A stretch of DNA of 64,000 nucleotides from an archaeon (GTDB lineage Archaea > Nanobdellota > Nanobdellia > Pacearchaeales > GW2011-AR1), in the NCBI GenBank assembly GCA_038121585.1, contig JAYONY010000002.1:95341-159340 (forward strand). The letters run 5' to 3'. Under the pieces are notes generated by a model, which was not told the DNA's origin, did not search any database, and worked only from the letters and a program-made list of their open reading frames with translations. Position numbers and translations under genes: made by a program. Numbering within the stretch: the stretch's first letter is position 1; each line of letters opens with the position of its first letter. This document shows positions 55,346 through 63,877 of the stretch, piece after piece.

Positions 55346-55557
55346 TATTCTATTTTGACTACTTTGTATCCTGCTTTTGCGACTGCTGCTTTTAGGTCGT
55401 CTTCGCTTACTGAGTCTTCTGCTTCGATTATTCCTTTGTGTGTCATGACGCTTACGCGTACTTCTTTCACGCCGTCGACTTTTTTGAGGCTTTTTTCAGC
55501 GTTTCCTCCACATGCTGCGCAGTGCATTCCTTCTATGGTTATTTTTATTTTTTTCAT
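55345..55557 (-). CDS. copZ: Copper chaperone, HMA domain, copy 2
   Basis: Trimmed to ATG 55557 ([18 protein letters not shown]). ATGA overlap with the arsR-like stop. Confidence 0.85.
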   Translation of the reverse strand: MKKIKITIEGMHCAACGGNAEKSLKKVDGVKEVRVSVMTHKGIIEAEDSVSEDDLKAAVAKAGYKVVKIE

Positions 55558-55922
55558 TGCTTCCCTCCTTTTGATGATTGTATTATGTGGATGCAATGTG
55601 CGTTCATGTGGTCTTCGATTAGGTCCATTAGTGGTTTGATTGTTGTTTTATTGAGGGCGTAGTATCTGTATTTTCCTTTAACTTTTACGTGTACGAATCC
55701 GCATTTTTTTAGTCGTGCTAGGTCGTGTGATATTGCTGTTTGTTCTGCTTCTAGGTGTTTTGTGAGTTCTGTTACGTTCATCTCTTGTTTTCGTAGTGTA
55801 TTGATTATTTTGATTCTTGATTCTGATACGAGTGTTCCGAAGAATAGTTTGTAGGCGTCAAGTACTTCTGTTTCATCATGTCCTTTTGTGTGACATTTTT
55901 TTAATATGTTTTTATTTATCAT
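55554..55922 (-). CDS. ArsR/SmtB-family metalloregulator
   Basis: LVSESRIKIINTLRKQEMNVTELTKHLEAEQTAISHDLARLKKCGFV. Confidence 0.8.
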   Translation of the reverse strand: MINKNILKKCHTKGHDETEVLDAYKLFFGTLVSESRIKIINTLRKQEMNVTELTKHLEAEQTAISHDLARLKKCGFVHVKVKGKYRYYALNKTTIKPLMDLIEDHMNAHCIHIIQSSKGGKQ

Positions 55923-55942
55923 ATGATATTTTAAGTCATATG

Positions 55943-56422
55943 TTATTTAAGTTTTTGTGTGGTTTTAGGAAATAATTTTTTGTTCATCCACCAAATATTT
56001 GTTCCCAGTAATACGGCCATTAGTAGTTGTATTTCGACTCCATTCCAAGGTAGGACTGCGAATGAGAATGAAATTCCTAAAATGCTTAAAACTACTTGTA
56101 GCAAGCCGCCTACACATACGGGGCAGACTCCAACGAATAATCCTCCGACTGCACCTGCGCTTGCTACTGTGGCTCCTTTTTTACAGCTTTTGCGTAGTGC
56201 ATAGTGGTAATAGGCGTAGCTTAGGTTTATTGATACTAGGACAGCGATGATTATTGAGAGGACTAATGATGTTATGAGTTTAAACCAGCTTGTTGTTTGT
56301 GCATATTCTAGCGCTACAGAGAAGATTGTTATAAAGTCACTGAGCCATACAGCTAGAGAAAAATATACTATGAATCCCAGTATTGTTATATATTTGTAAG
56401 GTTTTTGTAGTAAGAATTTCAT
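55943..56422 (-). CDS. Four-TM membrane protein with intramembrane CPxC motif, copy 2
   Basis: GVCPVCVGG. Paralog of 35742..36236. Confidence 0.5.
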   Translation of the reverse strand: MKFLLQKPYKYITILGFIVYFSLAVWLSDFITIFSVALEYAQTTSWFKLITSLVLSIIIAVLVSINLSYAYYHYALRKSCKKGATVASAGAVGGLFVGVCPVCVGGLLQVVLSILGISFSFAVLPWNGVEIQLLMAVLLGTNIWWMNKKLFPKTTQKLK

Positions 56423-56575
56423 GTTACTTTATTAGTAGTGTTCCTCCCATGTCATGGTGTTTTGGACTGCATATTACGTTACAAAAGAATGGATTGTCCT
56501 CCTCTATCTACTATGGATGATGTTCTAGTAACAACTATCAAGAAGCCAATTCCTGCTTTTGTTGATGTTTTCATT

Positions 56576-56962
56576 TTATTGTACTATTAACTTCCCTGCT
56601 CCCATTCCCATGCTACATGCAAAGGTGTAGGTTCCTGGTTTATCAATAGTAAATTCTAGTACATCGTTTGGTGTTGCAAGGTATTTTTTGATATTGGTTC
56701 CTCTAACTACAAGGTCTCTAAAACATCCGTACACGCTATCGTCTAGTTGTAGTCGTACTGGTTTTCCAGCATCTACCGTAACTGTTTCTGGATAATAATT
56801 GTAGTCTTTCATGCCTATGGAGAGTTCTTGTGCATCGCCAGTTCCTACTGCTACTACATTACCTGACACTCCTTGGCCAGAGTCTCCTTTTACCATAAAT
56901 ACACCTCCTCCTACAATTAATAAGAAGATCGCAATACCATACAATGTTGATTTGCTAACCAT
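56576..56962 (-). CDS. Membrane-anchored cupredoxin-like protein, copy 2
   Basis: YNYYPETVTVDAGKPV and YTFACSMGMGAGKLIV. Confidence 0.65.
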   Translation of the reverse strand: MVSKSTLYGIAIFLLIVGGGVFMVKGDSGQGVSGNVVAVGTGDAQELSIGMKDYNYYPETVTVDAGKPVRLQLDDSVYGCFRDLVVRGTNIKKYLATPNDVLEFTIDKPGTYTFACSMGMGAGKLIVQ

Positions 56963-56986
56963 TATCTATGCCTCCTTTCAAGGTTT

Positions 56987-57670
56987 TCATTGGAATAGTG
57001 CGCTCCTTGGCCCGAATACCATGAGCCAGATCGTGAGGACTGTTAGTACAAAGCTTAGTACGAGTGTTAGGAATTGGTCTTCTGTATGTGTTCTTTCTTC
57101 GTTTTTGGTTTCTTTGTATAGCATGTAGTTGAGTCCTGCTAGTATTGCTCCGCATACGATGAATACAATTACTCCTGCTGCTTTTAGGTTATCATTATAC
57201 ATCATGACTGCGGTCATTGCTCCCATGAGCCCTCCCATGAATCCTGCCATTAGGCCTTCCATAACTCCCATGACGCCGCAGCATTTCCCTTTCCATATAC
57301 CTAAGAAAATGCCTACTGCCATACCGAAAACACCGCCCCAAAACATGCCGTTGGTCGCTCCCGTATAAAATCCTGCTAGGAATCCTGACATCATGCCTAC
57401 TGTCATTCCGATCATCATTCCGGTCATACATGGAAATGCTTTGTACGCGCGGACTTGCCGTATTGAGGGCATTACTAATGCGTAACTGAGTATTGCAAAA
57501 AATAAGAAGAATCCGTACTTTGGAATGAAGTTGTCGATGTATTGTAGTTTTAGGAAGTAAAACAAACCAAGTGTAATGAATGAAGTAAGTAGAGAGAGAA
57601 ATATCGTTTTTAGTAATTCGCCTTCAACACGAGTGCCTTGTAATTCTTTTAGAAATTCTTTTGTTGTCAT
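56987..57670 (-). CDS. Uncharacterised Met/Gly-rich polytopic membrane protein, copy 2
   Basis: Trimmed to ATG 57670 (MTTKEFLKEL), with ATGA overlap with the upstream gene. MTGMMIGMTVGMMSGFLAGFYTGATNGMFWGG, KCCGVMG. Confidence 0.55.
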   Translation of the reverse strand: MTTKEFLKELQGTRVEGELLKTIFLSLLTSFITLGLFYFLKLQYIDNFIPKYGFFLFFAILSYALVMPSIRQVRAYKAFPCMTGMMIGMTVGMMSGFLAGFYTGATNGMFWGGVFGMAVGIFLGIWKGKCCGVMGVMEGLMAGFMGGLMGAMTAVMMYNDNLKAAGVIVFIVCGAILAGLNYMLYKETKNEERTHTEDQFLTLVLSFVLTVLTIWLMVFGPRSALFQ

Positions 57671-57894
57671 CTTTTCTGTAGTTGTTTTTGTATTAGTATG
57701 AATAGGAGCACTATTATTAGTATTAAAACGATACTCATTAGGATCCCGTTGATTGACCCTCCCCACATGTGTCCATACCATTGGCCCATCATCCCATGGT
57801 GATCATAGAAATCCTCTCCTGAGTGTGCGGTGGTCAAACTTATTAGATAGGCAAATGCTGCAGTGATACTAAGACCTATTTTTTTAGTTTTCAT
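57667..57894 (-). CDS. Small secreted/anchored His/Met-rich protein
   Basis: Signal-like N-terminus, HSGEDFYDHHGMMGQWYGHMWGG, C-terminal TM. Confidence 0.5.
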   Translation of the reverse strand: MKTKKIGLSITAAFAYLISLTTAHSGEDFYDHHGMMGQWYGHMWGGSINGILMSIVLILIIVLLFILIQKQLQKR

Positions 57895-57931
57895 AGCGTT
57901 TGGTAATCAAAAAACTATTTAACTGCTTTTG

Positions 57932-57945
57932 TGAAACTAGTTTCG
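57932..57945. promoter_or_regulatory. Operator-like palindrome TGAAACTAGTTTCG (one mismatch) upstream of cassette B
   Basis: Lies 9 nt upstream (minus orientation) of TTAAATAG. Embedded in a ~43-bp block repeated at 60830..60872. Confidence 0.55.
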
Positions 57946-58111
57946 TTTAACAAGATTGATTGTTGTTAACTTTCTATTAGTTTTAAAATGTTCCTCTCTG
58001 AATCATGATCAATGTTTATCTGGCAATTATTTTTTTAGAAAGTGCAAGTTTTGTAATTGTGTTGATGTCAAATTTATCGGTGTTGGTTTGCCTCTTTGAT
58101 GATGAGTGCAT

Positions 58112-58489
58112 TTACCGAAGTTGTTTTTTGCTTCTCCAATCAAGACAACTATACATTACAAGTGCTATAATCGGGAATTGCAGGTAGCTAAAGTCCCAGG
58201 TACCTGCAGTGATTCCTGTGAGTGTCATAGGTATAAGTGGCCAAAGTCCTGTGTAGAGACTCACCCACCATTTCCGATAAGTAAAAAGTGCTACTGCTGC
58301 TGCAATGTCCAGCGCACCTACTATTCTAACAAGCAGCTGTGATGCGGGGAATCCTGATTCTTGGATAAGCATTGTCATTCCTGGACTGCCGAGTAGTGCT
58401 GCCATTCCATGTACGAAGAAATTGTAGATGAGATATACTGCTGCTAGTGAGCCTAGTCCTTTTTTTGCAAGTTGTACGTAGTTGTTCAT
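58112..58489 (-). CDS. Four-TM membrane protein (paralog of 62848..63333)
   Basis: GLWPLIPMTLTGI aligns with GMWPLVPTTLTFI. Confidence 0.45.
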   Translation of the reverse strand: MNNYVQLAKKGLGSLAAVYLIYNFFVHGMAALLGSPGMTMLIQESGFPASQLLVRIVGALDIAAAVALFTYRKWWVSLYTGLWPLIPMTLTGITAGTWDFSYLQFPIIALVMYSCLDWRSKKQLR

Positions 58490-58971
58490 GGTAACACTAT
58501 GAGTTTTCCGTAATGGTTATGATGGCCTGGACCGCACATGACTGAACACCCATAGGTATATTCTCCTGGTGCTGGTGCCATGAATTCCCCAACTGTTGTT
58601 TTTCCGGGTTCTATGCGCATATTAAAGTTAAGTTGTGGTATTGCAATGCCGTGTGCTACATCTTTGCTTGTTGCTTTAATTCGTATGAGCTCTCCTGTTC
58701 TAACAGTAATTGTTGGTTCGCTCCAATCATATTGCCATGCTTCAAGGTTGATTTCTCGTGTGTTGCAATCTCCCATGTAGCCACCGCCCATGTAGTGACA
58801 TGGTGTGCCTGCCATTTCTCGCGCTGGGTCTGTTGGTAAGATTTGGCCGCTTAGGCCTTCAGCTTCGATTGCTAATGCATTGCCAGTAATACTCCCTGAC
58901 TGAGTTATGAACAAGCCAACAGCTACGATGACTACAAACATGCCTATGCCTATTTTAGTTGTTTTCTCCAT
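58486..58971 (-). CDS. Membrane-anchored cupredoxin with CuA-type ligand spacing
   Basis: DVAH-x34-CSVMCGPGHHNH gives H-x34-C-x3-C-x3-H-x2-H, counted directly. Also PCHYMGGGYMGDC. Confidence 0.6.
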   Translation of the reverse strand: MEKTTKIGIGMFVVIVAVGLFITQSGSITGNALAIEAEGLSGQILPTDPAREMAGTPCHYMGGGYMGDCNTREINLEAWQYDWSEPTITVRTGELIRIKATSKDVAHGIAIPQLNFNMRIEPGKTTVGEFMAPAPGEYTYGCSVMCGPGHHNHYGKLIVLP

Positions 58972-58984
58972 ATGCTTGCTCCTT

Positions 58985-60784
58985 TCATGCTACTGTAAAG
59001 CTTGTCATCATTCCGGCTTCGAGGTGTTCTGCTATATGGCAGTGCATCATCCACTCGCCTGGATTGGTGACGTCTACAAGTATGTCTACAGTTGAGCCTA
59101 TTGGTACGAGTACCGTATCCTTCCACACTTTATTATCGACAGGCTCCCCATCTATATGAGTTATAATAAATCTTTGTCCGTGTAGGTGTATGGGGTGTTG
59201 CATTGGGTGCATTGATTCGGGATCGTTGAAGAGGCGTATTTTTACAATGTCTCCGATGCTTGCGGTCATGCTGATGTCCATGTTTGTTGCTCCGCTTGCA
59301 GTGTCGAGTATTTCCCAAGTTACTTGGTCTCCTGGCGCGCGCATGTTCATCTCATCTTCCCACTCAATACGCTCTTCGTGTTCTTCTGCTTCTGCTTCGA
59401 GTGCTACTCTTTCTTCTTCTGTGCAATCGCCCATTACAATGCCTCCCATTTCATGGCAGGGTAATGTTGCCATTGCATCCATGAAGTCTGTAAGATCAAC
59501 GTTGAGATTAAGCTCATAATCGACTGCTTTATCGAAGTATGGTGCAAAGTCATTTATGTCTGCTCGGATTGTTGGGTTAGTTAGATCGTTGAAGAATTGT
59601 TCTGAGTAGTCATCTATCTCTGTTGTCTCTTCAACGGTGATTGTGCTCAACACGTATGACTTGTGAGGGTTCACGTTGAGCAGTGTGTAAGTGCCTGCAT
59701 CTGCAAAGTATACATCTACAATGTAGCGTTCTGCTGGTGCGATGATAAGTTCATCAATTAATGTTTCTGTTTCATATTGGCCGAGGTCTCCGCCGACTAG
59801 TTTCATCTGCGCTCCTGGAATGCTGAGTTTGTAGGGTCGCACATTAGCCACGTTTGTGATATAGTAACGAACCACTTCTCCTTCATTAGCTGTTTGGCGG
59901 TGATCTACATCTCCATTAACTAACATTACATTTCCGAATCTGCCCATGACTGCGAAATTTGCGTGTTCTCCTCCGAATGGTACGATACTTCCATCGTCAC
60001 CTAGGAGAAGGTCATCTAGCACAATAAGCTCTTCTCGATTGACTGGATTGTAAGCTTCAACTGGTATTACGAGCATGTTGCCTGCCATGCCTGCATCTTG
60101 TTGTATGTCTTCTCTGATGTGCGGGTGGTACCAGAAGATTCCATCATCGGGGAAGTATAGTTCGTATTCGAAGGTGTCTCCTGGTTGCATTGGCGGTTGG
60201 GAAACATCTGGCACTCCATCGTTTGCGAGGTCATGTCGTAGTCCGTGCCAATGTACTGTTGTTGGAAGGTCGATATTGTTAGTAAACACTACTTTAATTG
60301 TTGAGTCTTGTCGCACACGTAGTGCTGGTCCCGGAATCATGCCATTGTACCCGTACATGATAAGCTCTTCACCATTAATTTTCTTAGTGATAATGTCTGC
60401 TGTCATAGTGTATGTTTCGCCATCTGCAATGTCAACAATCGTACTACTTTGTACTGGTGTTAGTTCTGAAGCCGCGCGGCTTTGGCCTGGCAGGAAGTCT
60501 GCTCCAATGGTTGATTCAAATTGATTAGGTTGCTCTTCTAAGCGTTCAGCAAGTTTATTATAGGGCTCACATCCTTGCATTTCAGACATGTACAAGCAAT
60601 GTTCGTACATGAACTGCTCGTTTTGATCAAGCTCTGAAAGGCTTGTTACACTATCAAACTCGTCTGCGGGGAGGTTGAGTTCCGCGACCATTGAATGAGC
60701 ATCTCCTTCCTGAGAATCAAGGATATAACCCAGTGAGATTACAATTGCAAGTAGTGCTAATATGAAAATTCCTTTTTTATCCAT
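58985..60784 (-). CDS. Multicopper oxidase with acidic Cys/His/Met insert
   Basis: HWHGL, WYHPH, HPIHLHG, HCHIAEHLEAGMM. Insert with PCHEMGGIVMGDC. Confidence 0.85.
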   Translation of the reverse strand: MDKKGIFILALLAIVISLGYILDSQEGDAHSMVAELNLPADEFDSVTSLSELDQNEQFMYEHCLYMSEMQGCEPYNKLAERLEEQPNQFESTIGADFLPGQSRAASELTPVQSSTIVDIADGETYTMTADIITKKINGEELIMYGYNGMIPGPALRVRQDSTIKVVFTNNIDLPTTVHWHGLRHDLANDGVPDVSQPPMQPGDTFEYELYFPDDGIFWYHPHIREDIQQDAGMAGNMLVIPVEAYNPVNREELIVLDDLLLGDDGSIVPFGGEHANFAVMGRFGNVMLVNGDVDHRQTANEGEVVRYYITNVANVRPYKLSIPGAQMKLVGGDLGQYETETLIDELIIAPAERYIVDVYFADAGTYTLLNVNPHKSYVLSTITVEETTEIDDYSEQFFNDLTNPTIRADINDFAPYFDKAVDYELNLNVDLTDFMDAMATLPCHEMGGIVMGDCTEEERVALEAEAEEHEERIEWEDEMNMRAPGDQVTWEILDTASGATNMDISMTASIGDIVKIRLFNDPESMHPMQHPIHLHGQRFIITHIDGEPVDNKVWKDTVLVPIGSTVDILVDVTNPGEWMMHCHIAEHLEAGMMTSFTVA

Positions 60785-60849
60785 CGGTTTAGTTCTGTCT
60801 TTTTTAGGTATGTTTTTTTTATGATCAAAGAACTATTTAATTGCTTTTG

Positions 60850-60863
60850 TGAAACTAGTTTCG
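60850..60863. promoter_or_regulatory. Operator-like palindrome TGAAACTAGTTTCG overlapping the stop codon of the upstream oxidase gene
   Basis: The TAG stop of 60855..62246 lies inside the palindrome. A TATA-like TTAAATAG follows, then ATG 60784. Confidence 0.55.
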
Positions 60864-62246
60864 TTTAACAACTTCTACTATGCTTAACATTCCTGCTTCT
60901 GCATGTTCTAATATGTGACAGTGAAAAACCCATCTTCCAACGTCTTCTGCTATGAATGCGATGTCAACTTCTTCTCTGCTGTTTATCATTACTGTGTCTT
61001 TCCATCCTCTTGCTTTTTCAGGGATTCCATTTCGTGATAAGATTATGAATTTTTGTCCGTGTAGGTGCATTGGGTGTGGCTGGCCTTGTGTGTTTTTAAT
61101 TCTGAATTTGACGATTTTTCCTTCTTGGATTGTAAATGTTTCTGGATTTTCTGGAAATGCTTTGTTGTTGATTGTCCAACGTAGATTCATATGTCCTGCC
61201 ATTACTCCTATGAGGTCGGCTTGATAGTCAGGTTCTTTTTGTAGTAATGGTTCCATATCTAGTGTTTGTTCAAAAGTTTCTAATCCGTTGGTATCAATTT
61301 TTTCATCACTTGTGATAAGTGTGGCGATTTGAGTTGAACCTCTAGAAGTGTGATGGGTGAGTGTTATCGATTCTTGAGTGGTTTCTGGTAAGAGAATATC
61401 ATAGCGCTCTCCAGGGCTGATTGTTAGGAGGTTTGTCATATAGTGCTCTGAAGGTCCAATATCCATACCTACCACTGTGAATTGCTCTCCTCCAAATTGT
61501 AGGTTGAAGCTGCGTGCGTTTGCTGTGTTAACAATACGTAGGCGGTTATTTTCAAGCTGAATTGTGGGTTTTTCTTTTCCGTTTACAAGCAGTATGTTTC
61601 CGAATCGTCCGTGCATGACTCCTAGGTTAAAGCTTCTGAATTCGAAATCGTTTCCTAAGAGGGCATCATCAAGTACAAGTATGTTTCCTGGTGGTATTTG
61701 TGTGTTTTCTTCAATTAGTAGTACTCCTTGGAGTCCTGATTCGACTTGTTTGTGTGCATCAACGTGACTATGGTACCAATAAAGTCCAGGGTTTCTAAGT
61801 TCTAGTTCGTATGTAAATGACTCTCCTGGCAGTATTGGTTCTTGAGTCACTTCTGGTACGCCATCTTCAACGTTAGCAAGCTGCAAGCCATGCCAGTGAA
61901 CTGTTGTTGGTTCATCAAGGTTGTTGTGCACAATAACGTTCTGTGTAGTTCCTACTGCGCCTTTTATGAGGGGTCCGGGTATTTGTTGATTGTATGAGAA
62001 AACCGTTGTCTTCTTTCCTTCAATGAATTCATATCTTTCCTTTGAGATTGTAAGTTCAAAATCTCTTGGAGTGTTTTGGGCGCTATGTGAGGAGTAATCG
62101 GCGGCACGTACTGTTTCTTCATTTATGTTTACTTGAGTGCTTTCGCTATTCAAGAATATAAGGGTTAGGAGTAATGCAGTCACTGCTAATGCGAGCAATG
62201 TATTTCGGATAGTATTTTTTCGTATCGTAAAAATATTTCTTGTCAT
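60855..62246 (-). CDS. Multicopper oxidase (CueO/CopA-like)
   Basis: HWHGL, WYHSH, HPMHLHG, HCHILEHAEAGM. Confidence 0.85.
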   Translation of the reverse strand: MTRNIFTIRKNTIRNTLLALAVTALLLTLIFLNSESTQVNINEETVRAADYSSHSAQNTPRDFELTISKERYEFIEGKKTTVFSYNQQIPGPLIKGAVGTTQNVIVHNNLDEPTTVHWHGLQLANVEDGVPEVTQEPILPGESFTYELELRNPGLYWYHSHVDAHKQVESGLQGVLLIEENTQIPPGNILVLDDALLGNDFEFRSFNLGVMHGRFGNILLVNGKEKPTIQLENNRLRIVNTANARSFNLQFGGEQFTVVGMDIGPSEHYMTNLLTISPGERYDILLPETTQESITLTHHTSRGSTQIATLITSDEKIDTNGLETFEQTLDMEPLLQKEPDYQADLIGVMAGHMNLRWTINNKAFPENPETFTIQEGKIVKFRIKNTQGQPHPMHLHGQKFIILSRNGIPEKARGWKDTVMINSREEVDIAFIAEDVGRWVFHCHILEHAEAGMLSIVEVVKRN

Positions 62247-62283
62247 GTTTTGTTTAGGAGGCTTTTTTTATTAAGCTCTTTTA

Positions 62284-62297
62284 TGAAACTAGTTTCA
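62284..62297. promoter_or_regulatory. Perfect palindrome TGAAACTAGTTTCA in divergent promoter (oxidase / regulator)
   Basis: Lies between ATG 62246 (minus) and ATG 62344 (plus). Confidence 0.6.
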
Positions 62298-62343
62298 ATG
62301 TATCTTTCACAAAATTCTTAAACTCAATAAAACTTGATCATGC

Positions 62344-62838
62344 ATGGATAATAAGAAGACTGGCTATTTGTTGTTAGGGGTAGTAGTTTTGATTGTGATT
62401 ATAATTTATATGTTCAATAACGCATTACATGATATTGTTAATGCGAGCTGTAGTGAGGCTGGACATGGTGATAGTTGTCCAATGTATAATACTATTAATC
62501 AACAAACTAATCTTTCATTAGTTATTGCGGGGTTTGTTGTGGTTGTTGCTTTATTTCTTATTTTTTCAAAACCTCAAACCAAAACTGTTGTGGAAACTAA
62601 GATAGTTGAGAAAGAACCTATCAAGAAAGAATTTGATCTTTCTGATTTGAAGCAAGAGGAAAAGAAAGTGTTTGGACTAATTAGAAATAGCAAGGCAATT
62701 TTTCAGGCTGAGTTGATCGAAAAAACAAGTTTTGGTAAGGCAAAAATGACCCGTATTATTGATAGGTTGGAGGGTAAGGGTTTTGTAGAAAGAAAACGAC
62801 GTGGAATGACTAATGTGGTTGTTCTTCTAGAAAAATAA
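62344..62838 (+). CDS. Membrane-tethered winged-helix regulator, copy 2
   Basis: Identical loop CSEAGHGDSCPM (62449..62484). wHTH FQAELIEKTSFGKAKMTRIIDRLEGKGFVERKRRGMTNVVV. Confidence 0.6.
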   Translation: MDNKKTGYLLLGVVVLIVIIIYMFNNALHDIVNASCSEAGHGDSCPMYNTINQQTNLSLVIAGFVVVVALFLIFSKPQTKTVVETKIVEKEPIKKEFDLSDLKQEEKKVFGLIRNSKAIFQAELIEKTSFGKAKMTRIIDRLEGKGFVERKRRGMTNVVVLLEK

Positions 62839-62847
62839 TTCTTAAAA

Positions 62848-63333
62848 CTACTTCTTACTTTTTTGTTTCTTATATTTTGTAAAGTAGATAAGCAAAGCTA
62901 GCGTGGTTGAAAGGATGAATATCCACTCTATGTGTTGAGAGTCTATGAATGTGAGTGTTGTTGGGACTAATGGCCACATTCCTGCGTAGTAAAGCATCCA
63001 TTTTTTCATTTTGAAGTTGAGACCGAAGAATAGCAGGGTGTCTACTAGTCCAACAAGAGTAACCAATACCTTTGCAAAAGAGCCTGTTATGCCAAGGGGT
63101 CCTAGTAGGGTAACAAAGATTTCTGGTCGTAATAATGCTTGAATTCCATGGAACAGGAAGATTATCGAAAGTATGAACGCGAGAATTGGTTCTCTAAGGT
63201 TCTTGAAGTTTTTACGTCTGTATGCCATAATTGCAAGAGTTATTAGGCTTATTGTCCAGAATAATATTTTGTCAAAGGATGTTTTAGTTTCTTCTAATGA
63301 TGCTTTGTTAGCTGGGTCGATGGATTCTCCCAA
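62848..63333 (-). CDS. Four-TM membrane protein (paralog of 58112..58489)
   Basis: Shared WPL(I/V)P motif and topology. Confidence 0.45.
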   Translation of the reverse strand: MGESIDPANKASLEETKTSFDKILFWTISLITLAIMAYRRKNFKNLREPILAFILSIIFLFHGIQALLRPEIFVTLLGPLGITGSFAKVLVTLVGLVDTLLFFGLNFKMKKWMLYYAGMWPLVPTTLTFIDSQHIEWIFILSTTLALLIYFTKYKKQKSKK

Positions 63334-63421
63334 TACTGTCTCTTCTTCTTGTCCAATTGGTTGAGAATTGATGGTTTAATAAATTTCTTACTTTTACACC
63401 AATTTATTGTTGGCTATTATA

Positions 63422-63877
63422 CTAATTGTTAAATCTCTTAGCCATTATCATTTTACGCACAACCCAAAATACAACAAAAGGCAGGATTACTAATTGAATT
63501 ATTGGAACAACTCCGATATTAAGAATGGGTAATAGGGGCATAAACTCTGAATAACCCCATCTCACCAAGACTTGAGTATTCATTATCTCGATTGTTATCG
63601 CAATCAATATCGCAATAGGCACTAAAACGTAAACGTCTGACCTTGTCATACGCTTAAACCAATACTGATCTCTATTTCTAACATAACCTATTAGGTAAAA
63701 CAATACCATGATTATCCCATCGCCTAAAGTCGCACCAATTAGCTTTGGCAAGTACTCATTTAAAGAGAGGCTTCCGCACGTGTAAAGGGGGCTTTGTAAA
63801 ACCTCCCACAAAAAGTGAATGAAAACCCCTACGATGAAAATATACAAGCTTACGATAAAGACTTTATTCTGTTTCAT
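63422..63877 (-). CDS. Polytopic membrane protein
   Basis: 151 aa, four helices, ATG start. Confidence 0.45.
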   Translation of the reverse strand: MKQNKVFIVSLYIFIVGVFIHFLWEVLQSPLYTCGSLSLNEYLPKLIGATLGDGIIMVLFYLIGYVRNRDQYWFKRMTRSDVYVLVPIAILIAITIEIMNTQVLVRWGYSEFMPLLPILNIGVVPIIQLVILPFVVFWVVRKMIMAKRFNN

